Source of the DNA: Macrostomum lignano
Lineage: Eukaryota
Direction: 5' to 3'
Assembly (NCBI GenBank): GCA_002269645.1
Contig: NIVC01000347.1
Coordinates: 1-64,000 of the forward strand
Length of the DNA: 64,000 nt
Shown here: one piece after another, positions 62,834-64,000 of the stretch
Layout of the letters: every line of letters starts with the position of its first letter
Position numbering within the stretch: the stretch's first letter is position 1
The notes under the pieces: model-generated
Told to the model about the DNA's origin: nothing
The model's input: the letters and a program-made list of their open reading frames with translations, nothing else
Database searches by the model: none
Translations under genes and position numbers: made by a program

Positions 62834-63695
62834 CTCTCTCTCTCTCTCTCTCTCTTCACTCCGACCTGCGGCCGCCCGCGGGAGGCCGGGTCGGGGCTGC
62901 TCTGCCACCTGGATCGTCTATAGGCGGTTTTTGGCGGCCCACCCTCCGCAGGTAATCACAGAGGAGGCTGCCCTCGCCCCCCAGCACGGTATTCCAATCA
63001 ACGCTGATGCCGGGATGCGAGCCTGGTGGTAGCCTGGGCAGGTTAGGAGCAGATGCTCGACCGAGTCCGACTCTCCACGGGTAATGTATCGGTCGTCAGT
63101 AGTGAGGCCGAATCGGTGGAGTGTGTCGCGCGTGAGCGGGGATTTGCGCGTTCTCAGCTGGCAAAGGGTGACCTGGCCCCATCTCGGGAAATCGTCGTGG
63201 CCAGGCGTCGGGCTCGGATACGGGTGCATGTGGTCTCGCGTTTTTCGCCAACCTCGGATAACATGATTGATGGCAGTCCTAGCGGCGATAGGGGTGACGG
63301 AATTAGGCTGTTGTTGAGTCTCGGTAGCTCTCCCGGCCAACTCATCAGCCGCTTCGTTCCCAGGGAGGTTAGCGTGACCCGGCACCGATTGCAAGTGAAT
63401 TTTGCAGCCACTCGGCAGGGCAGCGATATTAGCCCAGACGCATCGGGTGACATCGTCCGCCGCAACGGTCGGGCCGCGCAGAATCGTTTGGAGGCCGGCA
63501 CGGGAATCCGTGCACAGCCTGACAGTAATGGCCGGGCTGCCGCCACTACGGAGGAGCTCAGCCAGGCGGGCAAGTGCCGCTTCGATCGCAACGAGCAAAT
63601 CGCCAATTGTTCCGGCCACACTCACCCGAGTAGCAGATTACAGTCACCCATGGCCCGTCCTACCGGCCAGCGCCTGCTGCTGCTGCTGCTGCTCG
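62834..63695 (-). mobile_element. 5'-truncated RNase H-bearing non-LTR retrotransposon (I/R1/Loa-type) 3' end with (GA)n tail
   Basis: RNase H motifs LCTDSRAGL...LQSVPGHANLPGNEAADELA; QLRT...degenerate knuckle GESDSVEHLLLTCP; (TC)11 at 62834-62855 on the plus strand. Confidence 0.88.
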
Positions 63696-64000
63696 TGAGC
63701 ACCAAGCGCATAAGTAAACTAGAAAAATGTTGGCAATGATTAACTATCAGAAAATACTAGAAGACGAGATTTCAGGGCTTACATCAGCAGAGATATCATT
63801 TGTGTTTAGTGACGACATGCCTTCTGGGGAGTTTCATCAAACACCGGTTTAACTGTGGAGCAGACCTTGAATCTAGATGCTTTCGACAAGTGGCTCCATG
63901 ACAGTTACGGCATACAAAATCTAGCTCAATTGACCGCTGATCAACATCAAGAAATCAAGGACATGGAGGCAACAGCGGTGGTGAAATCTACCGAGGCTCA

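Overview
Intron-containing invertebrate genomic DNA with GC-rich exons, AT-rich spacers and minisatellite-filled introns. This style resembles Macrostomum-type flatworms, but that is inference only. Host genes: (1) a 3-exon secreted PAN/apple + LamG/pentraxin-like protein (797-2900, +); (2) a 7-exon DDX60-like Ski2-family RNA helicase of ~1800 aa with a ZZ zinc finger inserted in its C-terminal helical region (18254-6945, -); (3) a PHD + FLYWCH-like gene cut by an LTR retrotransposon (19905-20628, +); (4) a 4-exon 489-aa protein that looks like a death-fold (CARD-like) + TIR/SEFIR-like adaptor (45759-52112, +); (5) an intronless ~875-codon IFIT-like TPR gene with an extra C-terminal domain, one in-frame stop and one frameshift (59256-56628, -), plus an inverted decayed copy of its 3' part. 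DDX60-like, the putative adaptor and the IFIT-like gene lie within ~52 kb, which suggests an antiviral innate-immunity neighbourhood. Mobile DNA: a very young intact Ty3/Gypsy element (20629-30552) with a -1 frameshift signal, an insertion between RNase H and integrase, and a candidate spliced third ORF; an internally deleted Mag-type LTR element; a decayed Gypsy; Penelope-like remnants including an inverted pair of hammerhead ribozyme motifs; two Helitron-like composites; a CACTA-like element; and RTE- and RNase H-type LINE 3' ends. All domain calls come from motif recognition by eye. No database searches were run.
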